Program-made: the position numbers and the translations under genes | Notes under the pieces: model-generated | The model's input: the letters and a program-made list of their open reading frames with translations, nothing else | Database searches by the model: none | What the model was told of the DNA's origin: nothing | From: Verrucomicrobiia bacterium | GTDB lineage: Bacteria; Acidobacteriota; Polarisedimenticolia; Gp22-AA2 | Length of the DNA: 64,000 nt | NCBI GenBank assembly: GCA_035638075.1 | Contig: DASRAU010000021.1 | Span: 73,230-137,229 of the forward strand | Direction: 5' to 3' | Shown: one piece after another, positions 20,481 through 28,539 of the stretch | Position numbering within the stretch: position 1 is the first letter of the stretch | How the letters are laid out: every line of letters begins with the position of its first letter

Positions 20481-22967
20481 ATGAAGGGACCCGCCGATCT
20501 GACCCGGCCATGGCTTCTGGCCGCGCTTCTCCTGCTTCCCGGCGTCACGATGGCGCAGTCTCCCGCCCCGCCGCCGGCTGCGCATGGTGCCGCTCCCGCC
20601 GCGCCCACCGCCCCGACCGGTCCGACCGAGAACGTCCTGGTCACGGCCTCCCCCATCACGACGCAGGCCGACATGGAATCGATCTTCGACCAGATCTACA
20701 CGGTCCCTCTCGACACCGAGAAGCCGTATGCGATCGCCGGGCTGACGATCAAGCGGGACACCATGGAAATCGCCCTGACGCGCGGCACGCTGTGGCTGGC
20801 GAAGCCGATCGCCGGGCAGGTCACCGGGGCCTACTTCACCGGCACCGCGACCATGCGCCTGAGCATCCCGAGCGCCATCGACCGCAAGCGCCTCGAGGAG
20901 GCCATTGGCCGGCCGACCATCGACATGCCGATCAGCGAAGTCGTGCTGCGCTTCGACGACGGCAGCGAGAAGGAGATCCTGGCGGCGGCCAAGCCGGCCG
21001 CCGGGGTGCCGCCTCCCGGGACCACCTGGAACGACAGGCTCAAGGTGGACGCCTTGTCGGATGAGGCCACCCCGATGGATTTCCTCCACACGTGGATCAA
21101 CAACCTCAAGTACACGACGCTCTTCACGGCCGATTTTCCCGGGTCGGACGGCAAGACCTGGTTCCGCTACGTCCACAACGGCGGGCACCGCATCGAGGAC
21201 GCTCTCTACAAGGAGGAGTTCCTCGGGGCGGGGGGCAAGCGCCTCGACCGCATCCTGGCGCACTTCCACCGGCCCGAGGACTACGACGCCAAGGGGAACT
21301 ACGACCTGATGCCCGAATCGGACGCCAAGGAAGCCGCGCTCGTCCGCAACGTCGAGATGACCGTGTCGATCCCCAACACCAAGGCGGTGGCGATCGACGC
21401 GAAGCTCACCGTCGAGGCGCTGCGCGACAACCTGCGCGCCGTCCGCTTCGACTTCATCAACAACCTGGACGACTCGGGTCTCTGGGACGCCAAGGGGCGG
21501 CTCGTGACCGACGGCTTCGTCGGGGACGGTTCCGGCAACGCGCTCCCCTACCTGCACCGCTGGCACGAGCTGATCGTGCTGCTGCCGAAACCCCTGGCGA
21601 AGGGCGAGCGGACCGTCGTGAGCGTGAAGGCGAACGAGGACACCATCATCCAGCTCACCGAGAAGTCCTACGTCATCTACACCACCTACCCGTGGTTCCC
21701 GCAGATCGGCGAGCTGGGAGGGCGCTACACCATCGACTGGACGGTCAAGATCGCCAAGCCCATGGTCGCCGCCGGCACCGGCGACGTGGTGAAGGAATGG
21801 CAGGAGGGCGACCTCAACTGCGCCCGGTGGAAGAGCGACGTCCCGGTGCAGTTCGCCTCGTTCATCTTCGGGTCGTTCAAGGTCGCGCAGGGGACGTACA
21901 AGCGCGAGGCGCCCCTCACCGGCGAGATCCCGATCCGCGTCTACACCATCCTCGGAGGCGACCAGCATTCCAAGGCGAACCCCGACGCGGTCATCTACAA
22001 CATCGGCCAGGGGATCAAGATGTACGAGACCATCTACGGTCCCTTCCCCTACGGGCAGCTCGACGTCGCCGAGATGGCGAAGTACCAGGGCTTCGCCCAG
22101 GCGCCGGCCGGCGTGCTCCTCATCAGCAGCGTGGCCGTCGGCGGGACGGCGCTGGCCGACCAGGACGGCGAGGTCTACGCCGTCAACATCGAAGAGCAGG
22201 GCGGGCTCGGAAAGGTCGGCGGCGGCGGCACCGGCGACCAGTTCGTCTTCCACGAGCTGGCGCACCAGTGGTGGGGCCACAACGTCTCCTGGGTCGGGGC
22301 CGAGGACCAGTGGATGAGCGAGGCGCTCGCGGAATACAGCGCCGGCATGATGGTGGACGCCATCGATCCGAAGCGCTTCGATCTGATGCGCAAAGGGTGG
22401 CGGAAGGAGGCGATCAACGGCGATCCCTTTGGAACGCTCGCCACCGCCAACACCTCCGAGACGCCGGAGCACCCGGGGGAGCGCTTCCGTCTCGTCTACT
22501 GCAAGGGCCCGTACGTCATCCACATGCTGCGCACCTGGATGGGCTGGGACAAGTTCTCGCAGTACGTGACCGCGGTGCAGACCAAGTACAAGGGGCAGAG
22601 CATCAACAATGACACCCTGGCGCGCGAGGCGGGCAAGATCATGGGCTACAGCATGTTCCCCTTCTTCGATCAGTGGGTGCGCGACCGCGGCGTCCCGAAG
22701 GTGCACTACACCTGGACCGCCGCCCCCGACCCCGAGGGGAAGCAGGTCGTCACCATCAAGCTGCGGCAGGAGGACAAGGACAACCCGAAGATCCTCATGC
22801 TGCCGATCGCGCTCGACTTCGGCAAGAAGGACCCGACGATCGTGCAGAAGCCGCTGCTGAAGGCCGAGGGGGAGATCCAGCTGCGCGTCCCGGAGAAGCC
22901 GAAGGGGGTTTCGCTCGATCCCTCGGAAACGCAGCTCGCCTTCTTCGTCGACGACGCGAAGAAGTAG
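20481..22967 (+). CDS. Secreted M1-family zinc metallopeptidase (aminopeptidase N-like)
   Basis: Signal peptide. Gluzincin motif HELAHQWWG with E 19 residues later (SEALAEYS), i.e. HExxH-x18-E. Confidence 0.75.
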   Translation: MKGPADLTRPWLLAALLLLPGVTMAQSPAPPPAAHGAAPAAPTAPTGPTENVLVTASPITTQADMESIFDQIYTVPLDTEKPYAIAGLTIKRDTMEIALTRGTLWLAKPIAGQVTGAYFTGTATMRLSIPSAIDRKRLEEAIGRPTIDMPISEVVLRFDDGSEKEILAAAKPAAGVPPPGTTWNDRLKVDALSDEATPMDFLHTWINNLKYTTLFTADFPGSDGKTWFRYVHNGGHRIEDALYKEEFLGAGGKRLDRILAHFHRPEDYDAKGNYDLMPESDAKEAALVRNVEMTVSIPNTKAVAIDAKLTVEALRDNLRAVRFDFINNLDDSGLWDAKGRLVTDGFVGDGSGNALPYLHRWHELIVLLPKPLAKGERTVVSVKANEDTIIQLTEKSYVIYTTYPWFPQIGELGGRYTIDWTVKIAKPMVAAGTGDVVKEWQEGDLNCARWKSDVPVQFASFIFGSFKVAQGTYKREAPLTGEIPIRVYTILGGDQHSKANPDAVIYNIGQGIKMYETIYGPFPYGQLDVAEMAKYQGFAQAPAGVLLISSVAVGGTALADQDGEVYAVNIEEQGGLGKVGGGGTGDQFVFHELAHQWWGHNVSWVGAEDQWMSEALAEYSAGMMVDAIDPKRFDLMRKGWRKEAINGDPFGTLATANTSETPEHPGERFRLVYCKGPYVIHMLRTWMGWDKFSQYVTAVQTKYKGQSINNDTLAREAGKIMGYSMFPFFDQWVRDRGVPKVHYTWTAAPDPEGKQVVTIKLRQEDKDNPKILMLPIALDFGKKDPTIVQKPLLKAEGEIQLRVPEKPKGVSLDPSETQLAFFVDDAKK

Positions 22968-23006
22968 CCCGCCGACGCCGCGCGGTCCTCGGACAGCCCA
23001 CGATCC

Positions 23007-23840
23007 ATGAGGATCATCGCCGCCATCGTCGTGGCCGCGATCGTGCTGTTCCTCCTCCTGAGGATCGGCGTGCGGATGCTCGAGCCGCGCCTGGCGTTCT
23101 TTCCGGTCCGGGAGATTGCGACGACCCCGGCCGCGATCGGCCTGCACCACGAAACGCTCGTCGCCGTCACCTCCGACGGCCTGCGCCTGAACGGATGGTA
23201 CGTGCCGCCGACGACGGGAGCGCCCGCCTGGACGATCCTCGTCTTCCACGGCAACGCCGAGAACATCGGCTCGGGTCTTGCGCTCGTGGAACGGGCTCAC
23301 GCGGCCGGCTTCGGCGTGGCGCTCGCGGAATACCGCGGCTACGCCGGCAACCCCGGTTCTCCTTCCGAGGAGGGGATCGCGCTCGACGGCGAGGCCTTCT
23401 GGCGCGTGCTGACCTCCCGCCCGGGCATCGATCCCGCGCGCGTCGCCGTGTGGGGCCGTTCGATCGGAACCTCGGTGGCGGTCCGCCTGGCCGCGGCCGG
23501 GCATGGGGGCGCCCTGGTGCTCGAATCCCCTTTCCGGTCGGCGCGCACGCTCCTGCGCGACGCCGGTGCGTGGTTTCTCTCGACGCTTTCCGTCTTCGGA
23601 CGCTACCGCTTCGACCAGGAATCGCGCATCGGAGAGGTGCGCGTCCCGCTCCTCATCGTGCACGGCACGTCCGACGAAGTGGTCCCCTTCTCGCACGGCC
23701 GGAGGTTGTACGAGGTCGCCCGGGCGCCGAAGGTGTTCGTCGCCATCCCGGGCGGGGGCCACAACGATCTCTGGGCCCGGCACGCCACGGAGGTCTGGAC
23801 CGCGGCGGAGACCTTTCTCAGGAAGCCGCCGCCGTCCTGA
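23007..23840 (+). CDS. Alpha/beta hydrolase (membrane-anchored, S9/Bem46-like)
   Basis: N-terminal TM helix. Nucleophile elbow GRSIGTSVA. C-terminal ...HGTSDEVVPF...GGGHNDL acid/His region. Confidence 0.7.
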   Translation: MRIIAAIVVAAIVLFLLLRIGVRMLEPRLAFFPVREIATTPAAIGLHHETLVAVTSDGLRLNGWYVPPTTGAPAWTILVFHGNAENIGSGLALVERAHAAGFGVALAEYRGYAGNPGSPSEEGIALDGEAFWRVLTSRPGIDPARVAVWGRSIGTSVAVRLAAAGHGGALVLESPFRSARTLLRDAGAWFLSTLSVFGRYRFDQESRIGEVRVPLLIVHGTSDEVVPFSHGRRLYEVARAPKVFVAIPGGGHNDLWARHATEVWTAAETFLRKPPPS

Positions 23841-23882
23841 GGCCCGGGCCGGGTCGTCGGGGCTTGGAGCGACCGGGCCTCG

Positions 23883-26597
23883 TCAGGCTCCCGGAGCCCG
23901 CCCGCCAGACAGCCGCGCCAGGCCCTCGACGGCGGCGCGCGTCTCGGGGTGATTCTCGCCGAGCGTGACGCGCAGGTGATCGAGGGCGGAGCGGTACGAG
24001 GCGCGCGCCCCCGCCGCATCCCCCGTCGCCGCCTCGATGGAGGCGATGCGCGCTTCCGACAACCCGATGAGATAGGACGGCGTCCCGGGCTCGACGAAGG
24101 TCGCGGCGATCTCCCTGGCGTGCGCGGCGGTCTTCGCGGCGGCCGGGAGATCGCCGCTCTCCTGTTCCGCCCGCGCCAGCTCCTGGAGCGCGAAGACGCG
24201 CAGGCTCAGGTGGCTGTTGCGCTTCTCGAACGTGTCCACCACCCCGGCCAGAAGCGGCCGCGCCGCCGCGACGTCGTGCCGCGCCAGGGCGAGGCGCCCG
24301 CGGTAGTACGCAAGCTGCACCTGCCGGAAGGCGTTCGGGTTCGGGCCGGTGAGGAGCGGTCCGCGTCCCGCTGTCTCGAGCTGGGTCGAGGCGCGCGCGA
24401 ACTCGCCGCGACGCGTGTACAGGTCGGCGAGCTCGAGCAGGGCGTCTGTCTCGATGAGCGGGAACTGCCGCGCCCGCGCCACGCGGATGGTCTCCTGGTA
24501 CAGGGGCTCCGCTTCGTCGTAGCGCGCCAGCTGCAGCAGCACGCCGGCGTGGTTGAAGGTGACCGAGGGCGCGATCCCGTCCGCCCCCTCCACGGCGCGA
24601 CGCAGCTCGACGGCCTTCCGGCAGAGCGGCTCGGCCCGGCTGAGGTTCCCCTCGTAGTGCACGAGCGACCAGTTGTTGTACGTGTCGGCCGCGAGGGTCG
24701 TGCGTTCCCTCCCGGCGCGCGCCAGCCCCTCGGCGATCTCGGTGTACTCGGCGTCCGCCTTCGCCATCTGGTGCGACAGGTAGAAGCCATACGCCAGGAG
24801 CGCCTTCGCCTCGATGACCCGGACCGGAGGAGGCGGCTCGAGCCGGGACAGGAGCGCGAGCGCCGCCTCGCCGTCACGCAGCATCGGCGCGGGGTCCTCG
24901 ATCATGTAGCCGGTCGCGCCGCGGCCGAGAAGACACTCCGCCCGCTGCAGGGTGTTCTCGGGACGATCGGGGAGCAGGGCGAGGGCTTTCTCGATGAGCG
25001 GAGCCGCCCCGTCGACGTCGCCGGCCCCGAGCTTGGCGTTTCCCAGCGGACAGAGGGCCTGCGCCTGCAGGATCGGGTCGCCGGTGCGGGCGGCGATGGC
25101 GGCCGCCTCCTCGAGCACCTGCACCGACTGGTCGTAGCGCTCCGAGTCGTAGTACTGGCGGCCTATCGCCACGAGCAGCTCGGCGCGCAGCGGATCGTCG
25201 GCCGGATACTGCCTGTCGATCACCGCCTTCCCCTGTTCGAGCAGGTCGCCGACCGCCGGCTTGGCGCCGACCGGCTGGGCGGCGCTCAGGAGGAAGCCCA
25301 TGAAGTCGCGGGCGGCGTTGGCGCGCGCCAGCTGCGCCCGCGCCGCGTCCCGCTGCCGGCGCGCCTCCCGCGCCTGCCAGGCGATCGCCGCGGTCAGCAC
25401 GACGGCTCCCGTCGCGGCGAGAACGGCGAGGGCGACGCCGGTCCGGTGGCGGCGCACGAACTTGGCGGCGCGCTCGGCCGCGGAGACGGCGCGCGCGCTC
25501 ACCGGTTCGTGGTTCAGGTAACGTCGCACGTCGTCGGCGAACGCGGCGACCGACGCGTAGCGCTCCTCCGGCCGCTTGCGCAACGCCTTCGCCACGACGT
25601 TGTCGAGATCGCCGCGCAGCACGGCGCGGCGGGACGGATCCGCCACCTCCGACATCAGCGGTGGCTCGACCTCGACGATGGCCCGGATGCGATCGACGGG
25701 TGTCGTGGACGACGCCTCGAGCGGCAGCCGGCCCGCCAGGAGCTCGTAGAGCAGCGCCCCGAGGCCGTAGACGTCCGTGGCGGTCGTGACGTCCCCGCCC
25801 GTCACCTGCTCGGGGGCGGCGTAACCGGGGGTCAGGCCGGCTCCCCCCTCCCGGGTCGCGGTGACGTCGGAGTCCGGCCCGGGCTCGATCAGCTTGGCGA
25901 CGCCGAAGTCGAGCAGCCGCACCTTCCCGTCGGCGTCCACCAGGACGTTCTGCGGCTTGATGTCGCGGTGCACGATGAGGTTGCCGTGAGCGTGCGCCAC
26001 CGCTTCGAGCACCTCGAGGAAGAGCCGCAGGCGCTGCGCCACGTCCAGGCCGTGCGCGGCGCAGTAGCGATCGATCGGCTCGCCGTCGACGTGCTCGAGG
26101 ACGATGTAGGGCTGGCCGAGCGGCGACAGGCCGGCGTCGTGCAGCCGCGCGATCCCCGGATGCCGCAGCCGCGCCAGGATGCTCCCCTCGCGGCGGAAGC
26201 GCCGCTCCCCTTCGTGGCCGATGAGGCTGGCGTTGAGGAGCTTCACGGCGGCGGTCCCCTTGAAGCGGCCGTCGCTGCGATCGGCGAGCCAGACGCTCCC
26301 CATGCCCCCCTGGCCGAGCGGGGCGCGCAGCGTGTACGAGCCGACGACGAGCCCGGCGAGCGACGGCGCCGCGGCGGGCACGACCGGCGCGCTGCGCTCG
26401 AGGAACCCTTCCCGCTCGAGCACGCCGTGATCCCTGAGCAGCGCCTCGATCTCGGCCGCCAGCTTCGGGTCGCCCGCCCGCAGGGACAGAAGCCACGCGG
26501 ATCGCTCCGCCGGCTCCATCTCGAGCGCCCGATCCAGGTGCGGGCTGAGGAGGCTCCAGTGGTCGGTCGCGCCGGAGCCGGGGTCGTCGCTGTTCAC
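23883..26597 (-). CDS. Ser/Thr protein kinase with C-terminal TM segment and TPR-repeat domain
   Basis: Kinase subdomains (LGQGGMGSVWLA, AVKLL, HRDIKPQNVLVD, DFGVAKL, APEQ). A TM segment after the kinase, then a long TPR-like region. GTG start 4 nt downstream of the sigma-factor stop. Confidence 0.85.
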   Translation of the reverse strand: MNSDDPGSGATDHWSLLSPHLDRALEMEPAERSAWLLSLRAGDPKLAAEIEALLRDHGVLEREGFLERSAPVVPAAAPSLAGLVVGSYTLRAPLGQGGMGSVWLADRSDGRFKGTAAVKLLNASLIGHEGERRFRREGSILARLRHPGIARLHDAGLSPLGQPYIVLEHVDGEPIDRYCAAHGLDVAQRLRLFLEVLEAVAHAHGNLIVHRDIKPQNVLVDADGKVRLLDFGVAKLIEPGPDSDVTATREGGAGLTPGYAAPEQVTGGDVTTATDVYGLGALLYELLAGRLPLEASSTTPVDRIRAIVEVEPPLMSEVADPSRRAVLRGDLDNVVAKALRKRPEERYASVAAFADDVRRYLNHEPVSARAVSAAERAAKFVRRHRTGVALAVLAATGAVVLTAAIAWQAREARRQRDAARAQLARANAARDFMGFLLSAAQPVGAKPAVGDLLEQGKAVIDRQYPADDPLRAELLVAIGRQYYDSERYDQSVQVLEEAAAIAARTGDPILQAQALCPLGNAKLGAGDVDGAAPLIEKALALLPDRPENTLQRAECLLGRGATGYMIEDPAPMLRDGEAALALLSRLEPPPPVRVIEAKALLAYGFYLSHQMAKADAEYTEIAEGLARAGRERTTLAADTYNNWSLVHYEGNLSRAEPLCRKAVELRRAVEGADGIAPSVTFNHAGVLLQLARYDEAEPLYQETIRVARARQFPLIETDALLELADLYTRRGEFARASTQLETAGRGPLLTGPNPNAFRQVQLAYYRGRLALARHDVAAARPLLAGVVDTFEKRNSHLSLRVFALQELARAEQESGDLPAAAKTAAHAREIAATFVEPGTPSYLIGLSEARIASIEAATGDAAGARASYRSALDHLRVTLGENHPETRAAVEGLARLSGGRAPGA

Positions 26598-26601
26598 GTC
26601 G

Positions 26602-27168
26602 TCAGGCGGGAAGGGTCCCGCCGATGGCGGAATGGAGGTAGATGCGGGCCTTCTCCCACTGCCGCTGCACGGTGCGCTCGCTCTGTCCCCACATCTCGCC
26701 GATCTCGGAGAAGGTGAACCCGCAGAAAAACTTCAGATCGACCACCTGCGCCAGCTTCGGCTCGACGGCGGAGAGCCGCTCGAGCGCCTCGCCGACCCGC
26801 ACGAGATCAGGCTCCGCCTCCACCGCGGCGGCGAGCGCCTCGTCGAGCGGCGTCATGTCGATCTCGCCGCCGCGCTTCTCCGCGTGCCGGTCGCGCGCGT
26901 GGTTCAGGATGAGCCCGCGCATGGCGCGCGCGGCATACGCCATGAAGCGGGCCCGGTCGGGGAACTCGGTCCCCTCCCGTCCCGCCATGGCGAGATAGGC
27001 CTCGTGCAAAAGCGTCGTGGTGCCGAGCGTCGGCGCCCCGGAGTTGCGCGCCAGCTGCGCCCGGGCCAGCCGGTGCAGCTCGGTGTAGAGCAGTGCGAAC
27101 AGGGCGGACGCCGCCGTCCCGTCCCCCCTGTCTGCGTTTTCGATGAGCGAAGCGACCGATGAATCCAT
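26602..27168 (-). CDS. ECF-type RNA polymerase sigma factor (TIGR02999-like, kinase-associated)
   Basis: Sigma-70 region 2 (LLHEAYLAM...FMAYAARAMRGLILNHARDRHAEKRGG) and region 4 (VVDLKFFCGFTFSEIGEMWGQSERTVQRQWEKAR). Positioned immediately upstream of the Ser/Thr kinase. Confidence 0.8.
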   Translation of the reverse strand: MDSSVASLIENADRGDGTAASALFALLYTELHRLARAQLARNSGAPTLGTTTLLHEAYLAMAGREGTEFPDRARFMAYAARAMRGLILNHARDRHAEKRGGEIDMTPLDEALAAAVEAEPDLVRVGEALERLSAVEPKLAQVVDLKFFCGFTFSEIGEMWGQSERTVQRQWEKARIYLHSAIGGTLPA

Positions 27169-27341
27169 GACCCCGTGCGGTCAGGGTACCACGCAACGTG
27201 AACCCGAGAATGTGGTGAACGCGGCGGAGGGCGGGGGATCGAGGCTCGTCCGGCGGCGGACACGGCCTGCGGCCAGGCCCCCTGTTTCCTCAAGAATAGC
27301 GGGGGTTTCCCGCCGGCACGGGGTTTGGTCTGGGCGCCCTC

Positions 27342-28502
27342 ATGCAATGGCCGGGGACGCCGATCGAGCACCTGTCGAGGTTTCAACCTGCTTTCTGCCC
27401 CAGGCGGGGGTGTCCCGAGCACGTTCGTCTGGCTCCCGGTTTCCGCTTCGAGCGCCATGGCTTCTACAGCACTCGGAGGCGGTGGCGAATCCCGAGGTTC
27501 CGCTGTGTCGCGTGCCGCGCTTCCTTCTCGAGGCAGTCATTCGCCGTGTCCTACTACAGCAAGCGGCCGGAGCTGCTCATTCCGATTGCCGCGGGACTCG
27601 TGGGCGGGTCGGCGCACCGGCAAATCGCCCGCACGCTCGGCTGCGCGCCGTCGACGGTGACGCGAAACGCGGCGCGGCTGGGACGACATGCCGTCCTGCT
27701 GATGGCGCTGACCCGGCGTGAGCTCCCCGGATCGTCGAATGAAGCGTTCGTGTTCGACCATTTCGAGACCTTCGAGTTCACGCAGGATTATCAATTCGGC
27801 GTGGGGACGCTCGTCGGCTCGAAATCGTGGTTCGTGTACGACCTCGACCCCGCACCACACGTGCGCACCGGGCATGTGAGTCCAGCGCAACGTCGCCGAC
27901 TGGATCTGCGGCCACGACGGCCCGGACGCGGAGGCTATCTCGGCTCGAGCAGGAGGGTCTTCCAACGCTTGCGGGACGTGACTTTGCCGGGGACGACCAT
28001 CACCGTCATCGGAGACGGTCACAAGGCCTATGCGCGGGCCCTGCATGACTCGTCCCTGGAGCGGGACATCATTCTCGAGAGCTATCCGAACCCGCCACGG
28101 GGCCCGAAAGGGTCACCGCGAAGCGAAGCGGCGCGACTCCGCGACGAGAAGCTTTTCCCGGTGGATCTGCTGCACAAGATTCTGCGGCACTCGCTGGCGC
28201 ACCAGCGTCGCGAGACCATCGCGTTCGGCCGCCGGCTCAACGCGGTGATGGAACAGATGTTCCTGACCGCCGTGTGGCGCAACTTCGTCAAGAAGAGAAG
28301 CGAGCGGGTGTCGCGGAGCGGCACCCCGGCCATGCGCCTCGGCCTGACGCGCGAACGCTGGCCCTGGTCCCGAGTCTTCTCACGGAGAATCTTCCCGGCG
28401 CGCACGCCCACTCCTTCGACCTGGGCGGAGCTGTATCGGCGCCTCTGGACCAGCCCTCTCTACGAGAACAACACCCGGCACGAGCTGAGACTCGCCTTCT
28501 AG
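27342..28502 (+). CDS. IS1-like DDE transposase (N-terminal zinc ribbon + HTH + catalytic core); possibly degenerate
   Basis: CPRRGCP...RFRCVACRASFS zinc ribbon. HTH AAGLVGGSAHRQIARTLGCAPSTVTRNAARLG resembles IS1 InsA. TITVIGDGHKAY (DG-x-x-x-Y) and ILRHSLAHQRRETIAFGRRLNA resemble the IS1 InsB core. No terminal inverted repeats could be defined by eye. Confidence 0.5.
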   Translation: MQWPGTPIEHLSRFQPAFCPRRGCPEHVRLAPGFRFERHGFYSTRRRWRIPRFRCVACRASFSRQSFAVSYYSKRPELLIPIAAGLVGGSAHRQIARTLGCAPSTVTRNAARLGRHAVLLMALTRRELPGSSNEAFVFDHFETFEFTQDYQFGVGTLVGSKSWFVYDLDPAPHVRTGHVSPAQRRRLDLRPRRPGRGGYLGSSRRVFQRLRDVTLPGTTITVIGDGHKAYARALHDSSLERDIILESYPNPPRGPKGSPRSEAARLRDEKLFPVDLLHKILRHSLAHQRRETIAFGRRLNAVMEQMFLTAVWRNFVKKRSERVSRSGTPAMRLGLTRERWPWSRVFSRRIFPARTPTPSTWAELYRRLWTSPLYENNTRHELRLAF

Positions 28503-28539
28503 ATGAGGTCCGGACAACTGTTTCGCCGCCCGCAGGCCA

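Noticed and set aside
23841-23882. Possible bidirectional terminator between the convergent hydrolase and kinase genes (gaggcccgg ... ccgggcctc)
   Set aside because: The stem is 9 bp but the loop is about 25 nt and there is no U-tract on either strand. It is too weak to call.
27170-28539. Terminal inverted repeats for the IS1-like element
   Set aside because: Only an 8-bp ATGGCCGG/CCGGCCAT match was found between the two flanks, and one arm lies inside the ORF start. This is insufficient to define IS ends.
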